NCBI GenBank assembly: GCA_963755715.1
Contig: CAVWLW010000028.1
Coordinates: 1-40,520 of the forward strand
Length of the DNA stretch: 40,520 bases
From: an uncultured delta proteobacterium
GTDB taxonomy: Bacteria; Desulfobacterota; Binatia; UBA9968
Reading direction: 5' to 3'
The number at the start of each line of letters is the position of its first letter. Position 1 is the first letter of the stretch. Shown in pieces: positions 38,706 through 40,520 of the stretch. Made by a program: the position numbers and the translations under genes. The notes below the pieces were generated by a model. That model was not told the origin of the DNA. It searched no databases and saw nothing but the letters and a program-made list of their open reading frames with translations.

Positions 38706-39386
38706 TTATTTATTTTGCGTTTTTTCGATTCTACTCAACAGACCATTGTTAAAAATAAGCACTGAGCCGTCAGGGTAGAACCAATGTTCTTCGGAGACCT
38801 TGATCGCACCGCGCACCTTCATGACCCGTCGAGGCGGGCCCAACACTCGCTTTACTTCCGCGGCATCTAGTCCTGGCGTTGCTTGCTTTTTGATCGCCGC
38901 TTCCTTCACCGGCAGAGACCAAGGTTGCGCGTTAATCCAATCGATTCTCTTCTTATCCTCGATCGATTGCTCTTCGGCGCGCTTTTTCTCGTCGGCCAAC
39001 GGGTCGGCGCTTAAGATGGTTGCGTTAAACTCCTCGAAAAACATTTCCGGTCGAATGTAGCCGACTTTGCCCGACTCGAACTTGACCTTATAGTACGGGT
39101 CCTTGGCCGCGCGTCCGGCAAGCTCAGTGATTTCAAACGATTCGTTTTGTGCTGGTCTGAACGTAGCCGCGCTGGGTGCCGGCGCGCTTAGAAAAGCCGG
39201 TGTTTTTTCATTGCGCGGGTTAAGCCAAAATATTTTTCCGACGCGAGCTTCCAGCGCATCGAGTTGTTTATCCGTGTAATGGTCGGAAGAAAAAACCTTC
39301 GAGTGCATGAACAAGAGAGCGAGTCCTAGGATGACGCCGCAGGCGACGGCTTCGTTCCTGACCATAAGAATTTTCGTGCGTTTCAT
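38706..39386 (-). CDS. Hypothetical exported or membrane-anchored protein with C-terminal SmpA/BamE-like motif
   Basis: N-terminal hydrophobic segment; YYKVKF.SGK.GY; G....EV..VLG.P.........E.W.Y......F.NG. Start is uncertain (39365-39425). Confidence 0.6.
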   Translation of the reverse strand: MKRTKILMVRNEAVACGVILGLALLFMHSKVFSSDHYTDKQLDALEARVGKIFWLNPRNEKTPAFLSAPAPSAATFRPAQNESFEITELAGRAAKDPYYKVKFESGKVGYIRPEMFFEEFNATILSADPLADEKKRAEEQSIEDKKRIDWINAQPWSLPVKEAAIKKQATPGLDAAEVKRVLGPPRRVMKVRGAIKVSEEHWFYPDGSVLIFNNGLLSRIEKTQNK

Positions 39387-39554
39387 ATGTCGCGGGCTCA
39401 CCCAGGTTTGACGCCGGTGTTTCAATGGCGCCCTTTATGAGCGTTAACTTAACACGTATGAGGCGTGACGCAATATTGTTTAGACGCGCGTGTGGGCGAA
39501 GCATGCCGAGTTAATTTTATCGATGCGCGTGAAGGTGAGAGAGTCATCGCCGCC

Positions 39555-39584
39555 AAATAAAAAAGGGGTCGTTGAGACCCCCTT
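39555..39584 (-). terminator. Intrinsic terminator downstream of the tRNA-fMet 3' fragment
   Basis: Minus strand GGGGTC-TCAAC-GACCCC followed by TTTTTTATTT. Confidence 0.75.
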
Positions 39585-39591
39585 GGCGGTT

Positions 39592-39615
39592 TGGTTGCGG
39601 GGCCGGGATTTGAAC
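39592..39615 (-). other. Isolated 3' fragment (nt 53-76) of initiator tRNA-Met; probable att site of an integrated element
   Basis: Minus strand GTTCAAATCCCGGCCCCGCAACCA: T-loop, 3' T-stem, acceptor CCCCGCA (A72, fMet hallmark), A73, CCA. The upstream sequence (GGGGGATAT) cannot form the T-stem, so the tRNA is incomplete. Confidence 0.82.
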
Positions 39616-39758
39616 ATATCCCCCTCACGTCCAACAAGTTTCATAAACTTCTAACTACGCGGAAAGACAACACGGTGAAAAGTCGCAAAGCCGGCTAATG
39701 TCGATCTTTATGCATTAACTATCGTGAAGTTTTCGAGAAGTCCGAAGGGGCTCGCTCG

Positions 39759-39797
39759 AAAAAAAAGGCCGCCGAGAGCCTGGAACTCTCGAAGGCC
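39759..39797 (-). terminator. Intrinsic terminator inside the putative island end
   Basis: Minus strand GGCCTTCGAGAG-TTCCAGG-CTCTCGGCGGCC followed by T8. Confidence 0.7.
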
Positions 39798-40057
39798 GGA
39801 AACGTTCGACGTTATGGCAAGGATTGTTTCCGCATGGGGCGGAAATAGCGCGATGAGACACTGGCAAGGGGCGCCCGGATGCTTCAGCGGTCGCTGGGAA
39901 TTATTTGTCGGAAAAGCGCTGTCCTATAGTTCACGGCTCCGCCTCGCACTCATCAAACTGCGCATTGGTATGCCCGCCTAATCCAAAATATCCGCGAGCA
40001 TTGAGACTCTTCTGAGGAGCGAACTGTATTTCATGCGGGAGTGCTACTCTTTCACGC

Positions 40058-40204
40058 CTACGCCGCTTCTCTCGATGCCTCGTGCTCCTCGTACGCCCTC
40101 TGCCGCCAGTCCGGCACGTAGCCGCAGTTGCGGCAGTAGAACTCCTCGGGAATGTGGTCGTGACATCGTGGGCAGCTACACCCATCGTCGGTTTCTGCTT
40201 TCAT
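40058..40204 (-). CDS. 48-aa Cys4 zinc-ribbon microprotein (absent from ORF track)
   Basis: My translation is MKAETDDGCSCPRCHDHIPEEFYCRNCGYVPDWRQRAYEEHEASREAA*; CPxC...FYCxNCG knuckles; GAGGG upstream of ATG. Confidence 0.7.
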   Translation of the reverse strand: MKAETDDGCSCPRCHDHIPEEFYCRNCGYVPDWRQRAYEEHEASREAA

Positions 40205-40310
40205 GTCCGGCCCTCATTTCCAATTTGTTTGCATGCGTTATCCGCAGTCATCATTGCGAAGTAGGCAACCTCGGCACACAAGGCGCAACTAAGGCGCACG
40301 GCTAGTTGAC

Positions 40311-40490
40311 TCATTTACGTCGGCGACGCATGGCAAGGGCCAAACCTATAAAGCCAGCGCCGAGCATTAACCATCCGACCGCAACCGGGGTCGCATGAGC
40401 CTGCTGGGGCCCAAGCGAGACTAGCGGAATAGAAATAAACATTGCGCCTACAACGACTGCGGCAACCACCAGAAAAATGATCTTGCGCAT
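40311..40490 (-). CDS. 59-aa membrane microprotein: signal peptide followed by a PEP-CTERM/VPLPA-CTERM-like tail
   Basis: GAAAGGA RBS; MRKIIFLVVAAVVVGAMF...QQAHA | TPVAVGWLMLGAGFIGLALAMRRRRK. Confidence 0.65.
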   Translation of the reverse strand: MRKIIFLVVAAVVVGAMFISIPLVSLGPQQAHATPVAVGWLMLGAGFIGLALAMRRRRK

Positions 40491-40520
40491 TAACAAATTT
40501 CCTTTCGATGGTTTGCTAAC

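Larger units (their letters stand above)
39616..40520. mobile_element. Probable terminal segment of a genomic island or prophage integrated in tRNA-fMet (continues beyond window)
   Basis: Begins exactly at the tRNA fragment. Coding density drops and only microproteins are present; no integrase within the window. Confidence 0.55.

Noticed and set aside
39592-39670. Intact tRNA-Met gene
   Set aside because: Only the last 24 nt are present; no 5' T-stem strand, anticodon arm, D arm or 5' acceptor strand upstream on the minus strand.
39660-39705. c-di-GMP-I riboswitch-like words (GAAA...GCAAAGC...CTAA)
   Set aside because: The GGCAAAC start, P2/P3 pairing and 3' closing segment could not be built; an Infernal RF01051 search would settle it.

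Overview
Mostly core chromosome of a GC-rich, Deltaproteobacteria-like bacterium. Binatia-like affinity is an inference from the orphan NMT1/SsuA-type binding proteins, dapL, khpA, the TrmD-DUF2168 arrangement and the DUF507 pair. Left (1-21 kb): envelope, transport and accessory genes, namely fetAB-like ABC genes with a decayed partial duplicate, DUF5329, a GT9, a TolC-MFP-RND efflux operon, an ArnT-like GT39, two orphan SBPs, a class II aldolase, a Tat-signal aldo/keto reductase next to an NTT-like MFS, a GcvR-like ACT protein, an alpha/beta hydrolase, an NPP-type phosphodiesterase and a TlpA-SH3 fusion. Middle (21-39.5 kb): housekeeping genes ptrB, rarA, bactofilin, ffh-rpsP-khpA-rimM-trmD-rplS, groES-groEL, a DUF507 pair, an ldcA/serine hydrolase/mpl peptidoglycan-recycling cluster, folK, dapL and an NYN/YacP nuclease. 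The most notable signals beyond the ORF track are three. (i) A DnaA-box cluster in the 32193-32461 divergent intergenic region, a candidate oriC or DnaA-controlled promoter. (ii) A lone 24-nt 3' end of tRNA-fMet plus terminator at 39559-39615 that looks like the att boundary of an integrated element extending off the right edge. (iii) Two microproteins inside that element: a 48-aa Cys4 zinc ribbon and a 59-aa signal-peptide plus CTERM-like peptide with no cargo. Eight small frameshifts in otherwise intact genes most likely reflect sequencing or assembly indels. No CRISPR, rRNA, intact tRNA, integrase or transposase is visible. All calls come from motif recognition by eye; no searches were run.
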